Assembly (NCBI GenBank): GCA_964291285.2
Contig: OZ219787.1
Span: 352,001 to 416,000, forward strand
DNA from: Alphaproteobacteria bacterium
GTDB taxonomy: Bacteria > Pseudomonadota > Alphaproteobacteria > Bin95
Length of the DNA stretch: 64,000 nucleotides
Direction of reading: 5' to 3'
Made by a program: the position numbers and the translations under genes. This document shows positions 46,823-56,544 of this stretch, in pieces; positions within the stretch are counted from its first letter, which is position 1, and each line of letters opens with the position of its first letter. A model generated the notes under the pieces. The model had not been told where the DNA came from. It worked only from the letters and a program-made list of their open reading frames with translations, and searched no databases.

Positions 46823-47966
46823 TGGCGGGCCGGGAACGCATGAAACTCACCGACGCCGCCGTCGCCCGTCTCCGCCCCCGCGGGCGGGAATATACGGTCC
46901 GGGACACGCGCATCGCCGGCCTTGGCGTCCGGGTGCGGCCCACCGGCGGGCGCAGCTGGGTGCTGCTGCTCGACAGCGGCGGGCGCACCAGGCGCGTCTC
47001 GCTCGGCCCGGTCGGCGTGAAGAGCCTGGAGGAGGTTCGCAGGGAACGCCATGCCCGCAAGGCGAACCCCGAGCCCGGCGCAAGGGCCGTGCGCGCGGGG
47101 CCGGTCCCGCTGTTCCGGGATTTCGTCGCGGGCCCGTGGAAGGAGGCGCATTTCGACCGCTGCAAGCCCTCGACGCAGAGGACCGCCCGCTATCAGCTTG
47201 CGGGCCAGCTCCTGCCGGCATTCGGATCGAAGCCGCTGGACCGCATCGGCGAGGCCGCCATCCGGCGCTGGTTCGAGCGATACAGCCGCACCGCGCCGGG
47301 CAACGCCAATCCCTGCCTTGCCCGTCTGCGGCAGATACTCAACTTCGCCCTCGCCTGCGGCCACATCGAGGTCAATCCCGTCGGGCGCATCGCCCCGAAC
47401 CGTCGCACGGCGCTCACGCGGTTCCTGTCCCGGGAGGAACTCGCACGCCTCCATGCCGCCCTGGACGCGCAGACCCGGAAGAGCGCGCGGCAGCAGGCCG
47501 ACATCGTCCGCCTCCTGCTGCTGACGGCTGCCGCAGAAGCGAGATCACGGGCCTCGGCTGGTCGGAAGTCCGCGAGGACGGGTTGGCGCTCACCGATGCC
47601 AAGACGAGGCCGAGGACGGTCCCGCTCGGCAGCCGGGCCCGGGCCATTCTCGACCGGCAGCCGCGCGCGGGCAGCCCGTTCGTGTTTCCCTCGCCGTGCG
47701 ACCCCGCCCGCCCGCGCAGCCCGGACCTGCCGCTCTGGTACCGCGTCAGACGCGAAGCCGGCATCGGGGATGTCCGCCTTCATGATCTCCGGCATACCAT
47801 GGCGAGCCATGCCGTCATGAACGGCGTGCCCGTCCCGGTGGTCTCCCGCCTGCTCGGGCATTCCAATGTGAGGATGACGCTGCGCTATGCCCATCTCGCC
47901 GACCGCGACATCGAAGCCGCCGCGGAACGCGTCGGGCAGGCCATGAGCGCCGTGCTGGAGGCTTGA
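46822..47966 (+). pseudogene. Tyrosine integrase 2 (left arm), frameshifted
   Basis: 1-bp deletion at about 47525 (CTGACGGCTGC versus CTGACCGGCTGC in the right arm) just before the catalytic Arg. Confidence 0.85.
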
Positions 47967-48007
47967 TGCACGACCCGGCCCGATGCTGCCGCTATCGTCG
48001 TGTCCGG

Positions 48008-49258
48008 TCAGAACTGTCGCACGAAGGAGAGTTCGGCGCGGTTGCGGTCGTAGTCGAGGGCCTGGGCGTTGGTATCGCGCTCCTCGCGGATGAGCGAGAG
48101 GCGGGGGCTGAAGCCGAGCACGGTGACGGCGCGGTTGTGCACGGAGAACGAGAGGGTGCGCGTCTCGTCCCGGCGCGGCCTGCGGTCGATGGTGTTGTGG
48201 GCGAAGCCCTGTCCCTGGTATGCGGCGCGCTGCAGGGAGGCGCGCAGGCCAAGGGTGAAGCCGGCCGGCAGCGCGAGCGTCGCGCCGAGGCCGGCCCGGG
48301 GTCCGCGGTTGCGCCAGTGTCCGGCATTGGCGCGGGTCCAGTTGTATCCGGCATGGCCGCCGAGGCGCAGGATCGGCAGGGCGGCCCAGCTTGCGCCGAG
48401 CATCGCATCGCCGACCGGGCCGTCGAGCCAGTTGCAGCCGCGGCAGTTGCGCCGGGTGGCGCTGGCGCGGGCGAACAGGGCGAGGCGAGGCGTCAGGCGG
48501 TGCGCGCCTTCCAGCCGGACGCCGAAGCGGTCGGTCTCGGGCCGCCCGGCGGTCCATTGCCGGTCCACCACCGCCAGCAGGCTCGCCTCCGTGCTTCCGT
48601 CGATCAGCCGGCGCGGGCCGATATGGGCCGAGAGCGAATGGCGGTCGAACGCCCCGCCCTTGTATTCCCGCGCGCTGGCGTCCGCCCCGGCGCGCAGCCG
48701 CAGGGCCGGCGAAAGCGGAACCTGGTATTCGCCGCCGCCCCACAGCGAGACGCCGATGCCCGACTTGCGCGACACGTCGCCGTCGAGGGTGAAGGGCAGG
48801 CGCCCGAACGGCGTGTCGAGGAAGACCGTGCGCTCCCCCGACGCGGCGTTGAGGTTGCTGTCGGGCGCCACCGCCAGGCCGAAATGCGCCTCCCAGCGCC
48901 GCCGCGCGCGCATGATGTCGAGAAAGCGCCGGATGTTGGCGGCCACCGCCGGCGGCGGCGTCCCCGCCAGAACCTGCTCGAAATGCCGCCGCGCCAGGCT
49001 GTCCTCCTCCTTCAGGAAGAAGGCGTGCGCGAGTTCCAGACGCACCCGCACCAGGTCCGGGCGGTCCACCAGGATGGCCCGGAACGCCGCAATCGCCTCG
49101 TCGAGCTTCCCGTCGCGGGCGTCCCGGTCCGCGGCGGCCTGCGCGGCGGCAAGCGCCTCCATGCCCGCCCGGAACCGCTCGCCGGTCGCGTCCTGGCCGT
49201 GGGCCGCGGCGGCGAACAGATACAGCCCGGCCGCAATGACGAGAGCGGGTATGCGCAT
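48008..49258 (-). CDS. Slam-family (DUF560, type XI secretion) outer-membrane translocator
   Basis: Signal peptide, TPR-like RVRLELA...ARRHFEQVL, PDSNLN, barrel ending RNRAELSFVRQF. Confidence 0.85.
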   Translation of the reverse strand: MRIPALVIAAGLYLFAAAAHGQDATGERFRAGMEALAAAQAAADRDARDGKLDEAIAAFRAILVDRPDLVRVRLELAHAFFLKEEDSLARRHFEQVLAGTPPPAVAANIRRFLDIMRARRRWEAHFGLAVAPDSNLNAASGERTVFLDTPFGRLPFTLDGDVSRKSGIGVSLWGGGEYQVPLSPALRLRAGADASAREYKGGAFDRHSLSAHIGPRRLIDGSTEASLLAVVDRQWTAGRPETDRFGVRLEGAHRLTPRLALFARASATRRNCRGCNWLDGPVGDAMLGASWAALPILRLGGHAGYNWTRANAGHWRNRGPRAGLGATLALPAGFTLGLRASLQRAAYQGQGFAHNTIDRRPRRDETRTLSFSVHNRAVTVLGFSPRLSLIREERDTNAQALDYDRNRAELSFVRQF

Positions 49259-49374
49259 GAAAACCCCTGTCCGTGCAAAGGGAACCTCCGGCCGCCCGGA
49301 GGGCGCCGGAGGAAAGAAGGCCCCGGCCGCGCGAAGCGGCCGGGGCCCGGGAACGCGGATGTTCCGGGAGCAGG

Positions 49375-51087
49375 CTACTCCGCCGTCTCCGTCTTCATCC
49401 TCGTTGCGAAGGCGCCGGCAGCGTGCCCGTTCGAGAAGTGGGCGTTGAAGTCGCCGATCACGCCGACCGGACGCTTCGTGTCGCTATCGCCATAGGGCTT
49501 AGCCTGCCACTCGCCGGCCTGAGGCACTTCGCCGCCGACAGAGTCGGAACCCTGGGCAACGCCCCTGCTGCCCGGGCTGCCGACAATCTCGAGGTTGTCA
49601 TTCTTCTTCTCCGTGAGCGTAACGCTCCAGTCCTCGTCGACGGCATTCCCCATGAAGTTGTCGATCTTTCCTCCCAGTGCTGGTGTTCCCGCCGCCCCGA
49701 ACTTGGCGTTGAGCGTCACATCCGCCGTGAACTGTCCCGACTTTAGCCCCGTGACAGTGGGACCGGTGTAGGTCTTCAGCACCGACAGGCCCAGAGCCTT
49801 GCCCTCGTAGGTGGCGGTCTTGGCAAGCCCGGCGGTCTCGCTGACATCCCCGTCAGAGCCGGCGGGGCTGTGGGCGAAGAGAGTGATCCCGGTGGTGCTG
49901 CCGGTCTCATACAGCCCGTACCCGTAGCGGGCATAGACGCCATACGGCGTGTAGTAGGTGTTGCCCGCCTTCATCTGGTAGTAGCGCGTGCTGCCGGCGA
50001 TATTTTCCCCGGCCTTCTGGAAATACAGCGAACCCATCAGATTGCCGCCGTCAACCTTACAGCTGCCCTGGCAATACAACGTCCCCTTGATCCCCTTGTA
50101 ATACTGGTCGGCGAGTATGCCGGTGGCGGGGATTGGAGGAAACGTCGTCAGGGCCGTTCCATCCGAGCCGGTGAGTACGGAAAGGGGCATCCCGGCAAGG
50201 GGCAGGACATCGACATCCATGATGTTGTTGCCGAAGGCCTTCTTGACCAGGTTCCCCGCTCCGGCGATCTGCTCCCAGGTCATGGCGTCTCCCGGGAGTC
50301 CGCGCAGGTCATACTCGACGTAGGCCTTGGAGCGGCCGGTATCGGTGGCGGTGGTGTCGTCCGATGGGTCAGGGGCGACGGGCTCCGTCAGTAGTATCGC
50401 ATCCAGGAGCGGCCTCCGCAGGAGCCGAGTCTCGACCTTGGCATGGCCTTCGTTGCCGCCATCTCCTCCATAGGGCTGCAGCATGTAGAGAACCCGCCGC
50501 GCGTTGTTGCCGCTCATGGCGGCACTAGCGGGGGTTTCGCCGGCGAGGCCCTTGATCTTCGCCTCGGTATCGACCTTCGCGGCATAGCCGTTGACCGTTG
50601 TCTGGTACCCCTCGATGAGCTTGATCTGCGCTTCCACGTCCTTGATCCGCTGACCGACCACCTCCTTCTGCGACGCGAGGCCGGGCGTGCCGGCCGGCAC
50701 GGCGTTCAGGTCCGTCTGCGCCTTCCTGGCCGCCGTCAGCGCCGCCTTGGCGTCCGCCAGCGCCTTGTCGGCCGCCGCCTTCGCGGCCATCACGGCCGCG
50801 GCGTTGGTCCGGACCACCGAGCTTTCGCCTCCGGTGGTGTAGATGTCATATGCGTTCGCCAACTTGGCCGCGTCAAGCTGCATCTTGGCCGTTTTCACGG
50901 CATCCTCCGCCGCCTTCTTGGCCGCCGTGGCGGCGGCGACGTAAGACTGCGCCTTTTCGACCGGCGTCATCTCCATTTGCTGGTCGCCCATCACAGCCGG
51001 CTTTTTGGACCCGCCGCCTCCGCAGGCTGCGAGCGCCAGGCCCGCAGCGGCCATCGCCGCCAGAGCCACATGTTTCATGGTTCTCAT
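49375..51087 (-). CDS. Surface lipoprotein, variant L (Ala-rich stalk plus TbpB-like C-terminal barrel)
   Basis: Lipobox LAAC+GGGGS; TATYEGKALG, FTADVTLNAKFG, GDFNAHFSNGHAAGAF; 570 aa. Confidence 0.85.
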   Translation of the reverse strand: MRTMKHVALAAMAAAGLALAACGGGGSKKPAVMGDQQMEMTPVEKAQSYVAAATAAKKAAEDAVKTAKMQLDAAKLANAYDIYTTGGESSVVRTNAAAVMAAKAAADKALADAKAALTAARKAQTDLNAVPAGTPGLASQKEVVGQRIKDVEAQIKLIEGYQTTVNGYAAKVDTEAKIKGLAGETPASAAMSGNNARRVLYMLQPYGGDGGNEGHAKVETRLLRRPLLDAILLTEPVAPDPSDDTTATDTGRSKAYVEYDLRGLPGDAMTWEQIAGAGNLVKKAFGNNIMDVDVLPLAGMPLSVLTGSDGTALTTFPPIPATGILADQYYKGIKGTLYCQGSCKVDGGNLMGSLYFQKAGENIAGSTRYYQMKAGNTYYTPYGVYARYGYGLYETGSTTGITLFAHSPAGSDGDVSETAGLAKTATYEGKALGLSVLKTYTGPTVTGLKSGQFTADVTLNAKFGAAGTPALGGKIDNFMGNAVDEDWSVTLTEKKNDNLEIVGSPGSRGVAQGSDSVGGEVPQAGEWQAKPYGDSDTKRPVGVIGDFNAHFSNGHAAGAFATRMKTETAE

Positions 51088-51169
51088 CGAACCCTTCTCC
51101 TTTTTTCTTTCAAGCCCGGACAGACCGGGCAAACCGTTTGAACCGTTCCTTCGTCGCGCGAACCGCAGG

Positions 51170-52354
51170 TCAGAAGCTCAGCGTGATGCCGGTCACGAAA
51201 CCGGCGCCCTCGACATTGCTGCCGGCGGCATTGCTGCCGGTGCTGGGCGCAGGCTTGCCTCTTTCCGCCGACGGCACGCCGAAATCGTGCTTGCCGGGCA
51301 TCGTGCCACGGTCCCTCTCGGCCATGAACAGCGAGCTTCTCCAGGCAATGCCCGGCGCCAGCATGTAGCTCGCCGAAAACAGGCCGCCCGACTGCTCCGT
51401 GCCGTCGTCGGCCTCGGTCATCGTGCCGCTCAGGCTCACCGCCAGCGCGCCTTCCGAATACATCACACCGGCGGCCACGACCTCGACATCATCCGAGGAG
51501 TCCGTCTTCATCCCGTCGTCCGCCGTGGCATAGGCGACATCGAAGCTGAACGCCCCCATGCCCACCCGCAGGCCGGCATTCGTGAAGGTGTAGTCGTCGT
51601 CGTCCATCTGGCTCTTCTGGTAGTGGCCCGCAGAGAACGCCAGGTTCATGTTGCCGAAATCGCCCTTGTAGTTGCCGGCGACCGACCAGGCGTCCATGTC
51701 GTTGTTCTTCACATTGCCGCCACGGCCTTCCTGCCCGGTGTTCGGGATGTAGCTCACGGCCATCTGCGCGCCGTTCACCCGCGGCGTGAAGTAGCTCACC
51801 AGGTTCTTGTCGCCGAGGCCGTGGCCCGCGGTCCCCAGGCCGGAGGGCCCGCACTCGTTGATGCCGTTGATCCATCTGCCCATGTCGCCGCAGACCATGC
51901 CGAAACCGGCATCCCGCACGCCCATGTGGGTGAGAACCACCGCGCTGTCCTCGGCTCCCAGCGTGATCTGACCGAACTCGCCGCCAACCGTCACCTGCGA
52001 CTCGTCGATCATCGAACCCGACTGACTGTTGCCCTCGAGCTCCACCTTCACCGAGAAGGTCATGCCGTTGTCGGCGTCCAGCTTGCCCTTGAAGAAGATC
52101 TCGCTGTCCGACTGCTGGGCAACGCCGCCCTCTTTCATCGCGTCCGCCTCGTCGTCCACATCGACCATCCCGAACCACTGCTGCATGTAGCCGCCGACGC
52201 CCACGCTCAGCATCTCCGCCGCAGACGCGGGACCCGCCGCAAGCGCAAGACCCGAGGCCGCAAGAAGAACCTTGCCCGTGAAACCCCGCGCACGGCATCC
52301 GCCATGCAGCCTGCCGTCCCCCGGCCATGCCGGGCCATGTCTTGTTGTCGTCAT
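51170..52354 (-). CDS. Gram-negative porin (alphaproteobacterial type)
   Basis: Signal peptide, DSEIFFKG...DNGMTF...ELEG, IDES, GEFGQITLG, SYFTPR, C-terminal Phe. Confidence 0.88.
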   Translation of the reverse strand: MTTTRHGPAWPGDGRLHGGCRARGFTGKVLLAASGLALAAGPASAAEMLSVGVGGYMQQWFGMVDVDDEADAMKEGGVAQQSDSEIFFKGKLDADNGMTFSVKVELEGNSQSGSMIDESQVTVGGEFGQITLGAEDSAVVLTHMGVRDAGFGMVCGDMGRWINGINECGPSGLGTAGHGLGDKNLVSYFTPRVNGAQMAVSYIPNTGQEGRGGNVKNNDMDAWSVAGNYKGDFGNMNLAFSAGHYQKSQMDDDDYTFTNAGLRVGMGAFSFDVAYATADDGMKTDSSDDVEVVAAGVMYSEGALAVSLSGTMTEADDGTEQSGGLFSASYMLAPGIAWRSSLFMAERDRGTMPGKHDFGVPSAERGKPAPSTGSNAAGSNVEGAGFVTGITLSF

Positions 52355-52705
52355 CGTCTCGTCTCCTTCAGGTGAAAGCCCGTCCGCAGCGCCCGTCGAC
52401 CGCCGCACGCCGGAGAAGGCGCACGACGGGGCGGCAGGTCACCGGGGATGGGAGGTGAAGCCGCGGCCCCGGAAAGGCCGCGGCAGAAAGCGTGCCGGGG
52501 AAAGCCGGGCCGCCCGCAAGGCGGTCATGCCGCAAGCGCGGCGGGACCGCTCCCGCGCGCTGCCCGGCAACGTATCCATCTGCACGCGCCCGGCGCTCCT
52601 CCGCAGAGGACGCACAGGCGGGAAAGACAACAATCAGGCGGGAGCCGCTCTCCCGAAAGCGAACCGGCTGACCGGCGCCAGAAGACGGCATATGAAAGAC
52701 ATGAA

Positions 52706-52831
52706 GAGGCGCGAGGCGCGAGGCGCGAGGCGCGAGGCGCGAGGCGCGAGGCGCGAGGCGCGAGGCGCGAGGCGCGAGGCGCGAGGCGCGAGGCGCGAGG
52801 CGCGAGGCGCGAGGCGCGAGGCGCGAGGCGC
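52706..52831. repeat. Heptanucleotide tandem repeat (GAGGCGC)18
   Basis: 126 bp of perfect units upstream of the left porin. Confidence 0.95.
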
Positions 52832-52832
52832 C

Positions 52833-52864
52833 ATTCTACTCCGTGATAAAGCCTCGGAAGTCAA
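52833..52864 (-). promoter_or_regulatory. Candidate promoter TTGACT-N20-TAGAAT (left arm)
   Basis: Both hexamers match the right-arm copy while the spacer differs; abuts the repeat tract. Confidence 0.45.
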
Positions 52865-53438
52865 CCCGAATACACCCGCCGCTGAGATGGCGCGGAACCT
52901 CTAACCCGGCCGACGACACCGCACAAGCTCCCGGACCAACCCCCACGCCGATTTTACCGACCTGTTGCATCCATGCCACAGTCAGCCGCCGACGGGGCCC
53001 CGCAAACCGGGCCCGCGGCACCCATCGACGACCGGCAGGAGCGGCTTTCTCCACCGGCGTGCAATGGAACGCAATGGAGCGTCCGCTGCCGCGTCTTCCC
53101 CACTCCAGGCCCGCCGCCGCCAGCGGCGCATCGACAAATGCGCGCCCATTTCCCGCCGGCGGCGCCATCACCGCGCGCTGGCGCCGCCCTTCTTCTCCGC
53201 CGCTCATGGACGCCGGACGCCCCAAACGTCCATTGCCGGGCGGGTCGGCCACCCCGTATCATGAAAACAGGCGCCGGCCGCGCGGGCGGGACTTCGGGCT
53301 TTTACGGGGTTGCCTACCGGTCACGGTCCGCAAGACGGGCACCGCAGATGGCGAGTATCGGACGCCTCGGGAGCAGTGCTTTGGCGGGGCGGGGTTTTTG
53401 TGCGCCCGATCCCCAACCATTTTCACGGCAAACGACGG

Positions 53439-53570
53439 TCACATTCCGCGAATGGGATAATTGGCATCCTGCAGAGCGTGGCGGATCGCGGTGAGTCTGT
53501 GCCCTTGGGCGATCCACGACAACAATCGTAGCGCCTTCACCAGGTTGTTCTTGCCCGAAGCATTGGCGTC
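53439..53570 (-). pseudogene. AAA ATPase N-terminal fragment
   Basis: DANASGKNNLVKALRLL, a degenerate Walker A. Confidence 0.4.
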
Positions 53571-53571
53571 C

Positions 53572-53925
53572 GCAAGCATGGTGAGCGGCGCGAGCGGCGG
53601 GGAGGGATGCGCGGACATGGAGCGTTTCGGTCGGGCGAAGGAAGGGTTTCTGCGCCGTTTCATGGAGTTGAAGCACGGCATCCCGAGCCACGATGCGTTT
53701 TCGGACCTGTTCAACGCCCTCGATCCCGACAGCCTGCAGAAAGTGCTGCTGCGGCTTCTGGAGGACTGGGCGGCGGTTCTGGACGGCGATGTGATCGCGA
53801 TTGACGGCAAGTCGCTGCGGCGTTCCTTCGCCGATGCCGCGGCGCGCTCGCCGGTGCATCTGGTGCAGGCCTTCGCCGCCGGGACCCGCCTGATGCTCGG
53901 CCAGGTGAAGGTCGATGACAAGTCC
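53572..53925 (+). pseudogene. ISAs1-family transposase fragment
   Basis: GIPSHDAF, IAIDGKSLRRS, HLVQAF, LGQVKVDDKS. Confidence 0.85.
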
Positions 53926-54405
53926 CCCTGATCGGCCCTGATCGGCGAGCTGCGGCAGGGGTGGCATGTTGTCCGATGCGTTTCCTACAATGATTTGAGC
54001 GTCCTGGTGGGCGTATTTTGGTTTTCACCGAGCGGGTGAAGGAATGGTGAGGGGTTATCGCTCTGCGGTCAGGGTTACAGTCGAGCGAGGCGGGGCGGCC
54101 TCGACGGCGCGTGGCGGTGTGGTTCTGGTGTTCGAGTTGCTGGCGACGAGGCGGGTTCTTGCGGGTCTTCCGCGTCTGTCCGGGAGTCCGTCACAGGGCT
54201 GGAGCGACGGCCAGATGATCCTTGCGGTTCCGGTTCTGAACATGGCGGGGCTTGACCGTGTGTCGGACATTGAGGTTCTGGAGGCGGACCGGGGGCTTTG
54301 CGCTCTGGTGCGCCGGTTCGAGCCGAAGCTGTTCGGGGTCTCTCGCGGTTCTCTTGCGCGTCGGTTCCGGGGCGGTCGCGAGCGTTGCTTTCCGTCGGCG
54401 CGCTC
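53926..54405 (+). pseudogene. IS1380-like element left end with N-terminal transposase fragment (from 54044)
   Basis: Begins CCCTGATCGG; TARGG...GWSDGQMI...AGLDRVSDIEVLEAD...FPSA; cut at the right-arm boundary. Confidence 0.55.
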
Positions 54406-54740
54406 GAGAAGAAGGGCGGCGCCAGCGCGCGGTGATGGCGCCGCCGGCGGGAAATGGGCGCGCATTTGTCGATGCGCCGCTGGCGGCGGCGGGCCTGGAG
54501 TGGGGAAGACGCGGCAGCGGACGCTCCATTGCGTTCCATTGCACGCCGGTGGAGAAAGCCGCTCCTGCCGGTCGTCGATGGGTGCCGCGGGCCCGGTTTG
54601 CGGGGGCCCGTCGGCGGCTGACTGTGGCACGGCTGCAACAGGTCGGTAAAATCGGCGTTCGGGTTGGTCCGGGAGGTTGTGCGGTGTCGTGCGGCCGGGT
54701 TAGAGGTTCCGGGCCATCTCAGCGGCGGGTGTATCCGGAC

Positions 54741-54772
54741 TTGACTTCAGCGGCTCGAACACGGTGTAGAAT
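54741..54772 (+). promoter_or_regulatory. Candidate promoter TTGACT-N20-TAGAAT (right arm)
   Basis: Immediately precedes the heptamer tract; hexamers shared with the left arm. Confidence 0.45.
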
Positions 54773-54926
54773 ACGCCTCGCGCCTCGCGCCTCGCGCCTC
54801 GCGCCTCGCGCCTCGCGCCTCGCGCCTCGCGCCTCGCGCCTCGCGCCTCGCGCCTCGCGCCTCGCGCCTCGCGCCTCGCGCCTCGCGCCTCGCGCCTCGC
54901 GCCTCGCGCCTCGCGCCTCGCGCCTC
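54773..54926. repeat. Heptanucleotide tandem repeat (GCGCCTC)21 plus one imperfect unit
   Basis: 147 perfect bp at 54780-54926 preceded by ACGCCTC. Confidence 0.95.
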
Positions 54927-55277
54927 TTCATGTCTTTCATTTGCCGTCTTCTGGCGCCGGTCTGCCGGTTCGCCATCGGGAGAGCGGCTCCCGCCTGATT
55001 GTTGTCTTTCCCGCCTGTGCGTCCTCTGCGGAGGAGCGCCGGGCGCGTGCAGATGGACAGGTTGCCGGGCAGCGCGCGGGAGCGCGCCCGCCGCGCTTGC
55101 GGCATGACCGCCTTGCGGGCGGCCCGGCTTTCCCCGTCACGCTTTCTGCCGCGGCCTTTCCGGGGCCGCGGCTTCACCTCCCGTCCCCGGTGACCTGCCG
55201 CCCCGTCGTGCGCCTTCTCCGGCGTGCGGCGGTCGACGGGCGCTGCGGACGGGCTTTCACCTGAAGGAGACGAGACG

Positions 55278-56462
55278 ATGACGACAACAAGACATGGCCC
55301 GGCATGGCCGGGGGACGGCAGGCAGCATGGCGGATGCCGTGCGCGGAGCTTCACGGGCAAGGTTCTTCTTGCGGCCTCGGGTCTTGCGCTTGCGGCGGGT
55401 CCTGCGTCTGCGGCGGAGATGCTGAGCGTGGGCGTCGGCGGCTACATGCAGCAGTGGTTCGGGATGGTCGATGTGGACGACGAGGCGGACGCGATGAAAG
55501 AGGGCGGCGTTGCCCAGCAGTCGGACAGCGAGATCTTCTTCAAGGGCAAGCTGGACGCCGACAACGGCATGACCTTCTCGATGAAGGTGGAGCTCGAGGG
55601 CAACAGTCAGTCGGGTTCGATGATCGACGAGTCGCAGGTGACGGTTGGCGGCGAGTTCGGTCAGATCACGCTGGGAGCCGAGGACAGCGCGGTGGTTCTC
55701 ACCCACATGGGCGTGCGGGATGCCGGTTTCGGCATGCTCTGCGGCGACATGGGCAGATGGATCAACGGCATCAACGAGTGCGGGCCCTCCGGCCTGGGGA
55801 CCGCGGGCCACGGCCTCGGCGACAAGAACCTGGTGAGCTACTTCACGCCGCGGGTGAACGGCGCGCAGATGGCCGTGAGCTACATCCCGAACACCGGGCA
55901 GGAAGGCCGTGGCGGCAATGTGAAGAACAACGACATGGACGCCTGGTCGGTCGCCGGCAACTACAAGGGCGATTTCGGCAACATGAACCTGGCGTTCTCT
56001 GCGGGCCACTACCAGAAGAGCCAGATGGACGACGACGACTACACCTTCTCGAATGCCGGCCTGCGGGTGGGCATGGGGGCGTTCAGCTTCGATGTCGCCT
56101 ATGCCACGGCGGACGACGGGATGAAGACGGACTCCTCGGATGATGTCGAGGTCGTGGCCGCCGGGGTGATGTATTCGGAGGGCGCGCTGGCGGTGAGCCT
56201 GAGCGGCACGATGACCGAGGCCGACGACGGCACGGAGCAGTCGGGCGGCCTGTTTTCGGCGAGCTACATGCTGGCGCCGGGCATTGCCTGGAGAAGCTCG
56301 CTGTTCATGGCCGAGAGGGACCGCGGCACGATGCCCGGCAAGCACGATTTCGGCGTGCCGGCGGCGGAAAGAGGCAAGCCTGCGCCCAGCACCGGCAAAA
56401 ATGCCGCCGGCAGCAACGTCGAGGGCGCCGGGTTCGTGACCGGCATCACGCTGAGCTTCTGA
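55278..56462 (+). CDS. Gram-negative porin (second copy)
   Basis: 394 aa; 7 substitutions versus the left copy by manual comparison; AAGGAG RBS. Confidence 0.88.
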   Translation: MTTTRHGPAWPGDGRQHGGCRARSFTGKVLLAASGLALAAGPASAAEMLSVGVGGYMQQWFGMVDVDDEADAMKEGGVAQQSDSEIFFKGKLDADNGMTFSMKVELEGNSQSGSMIDESQVTVGGEFGQITLGAEDSAVVLTHMGVRDAGFGMLCGDMGRWINGINECGPSGLGTAGHGLGDKNLVSYFTPRVNGAQMAVSYIPNTGQEGRGGNVKNNDMDAWSVAGNYKGDFGNMNLAFSAGHYQKSQMDDDDYTFSNAGLRVGMGAFSFDVAYATADDGMKTDSSDDVEVVAAGVMYSEGALAVSLSGTMTEADDGTEQSGGLFSASYMLAPGIAWRSSLFMAERDRGTMPGKHDFGVPAAERGKPAPSTGKNAAGSNVEGAGFVTGITLSF

Positions 56463-56544
56463 CCTGCGTTTCGCGCGGCGAAGGAACGGTTCAAACGGTT
56501 TGCCCGGTTTGTCCGGGCTTGAGAGAAGGAAGGAGAAGGGTTCG

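Larger units (their letters stand above)
46120..53197. repeat. Left arm of a ~7-kb inverted duplication
   Basis: Reverse complement of 54406-61605: same genes, intergenic regions and heptamer tract; outer boundary approximate. Confidence 0.95.

Noticed and set aside
52272-52904. ORFs with REARGAR/APRASRL repeats (also 54252-55360)
   Set aside because: These are translations of the heptamer DNA tract; low complexity and no other coding evidence.
52706-54926. Possible CRISPR array
   Set aside because: Contiguous 7-bp units with no spacers, and no cas genes in the window.
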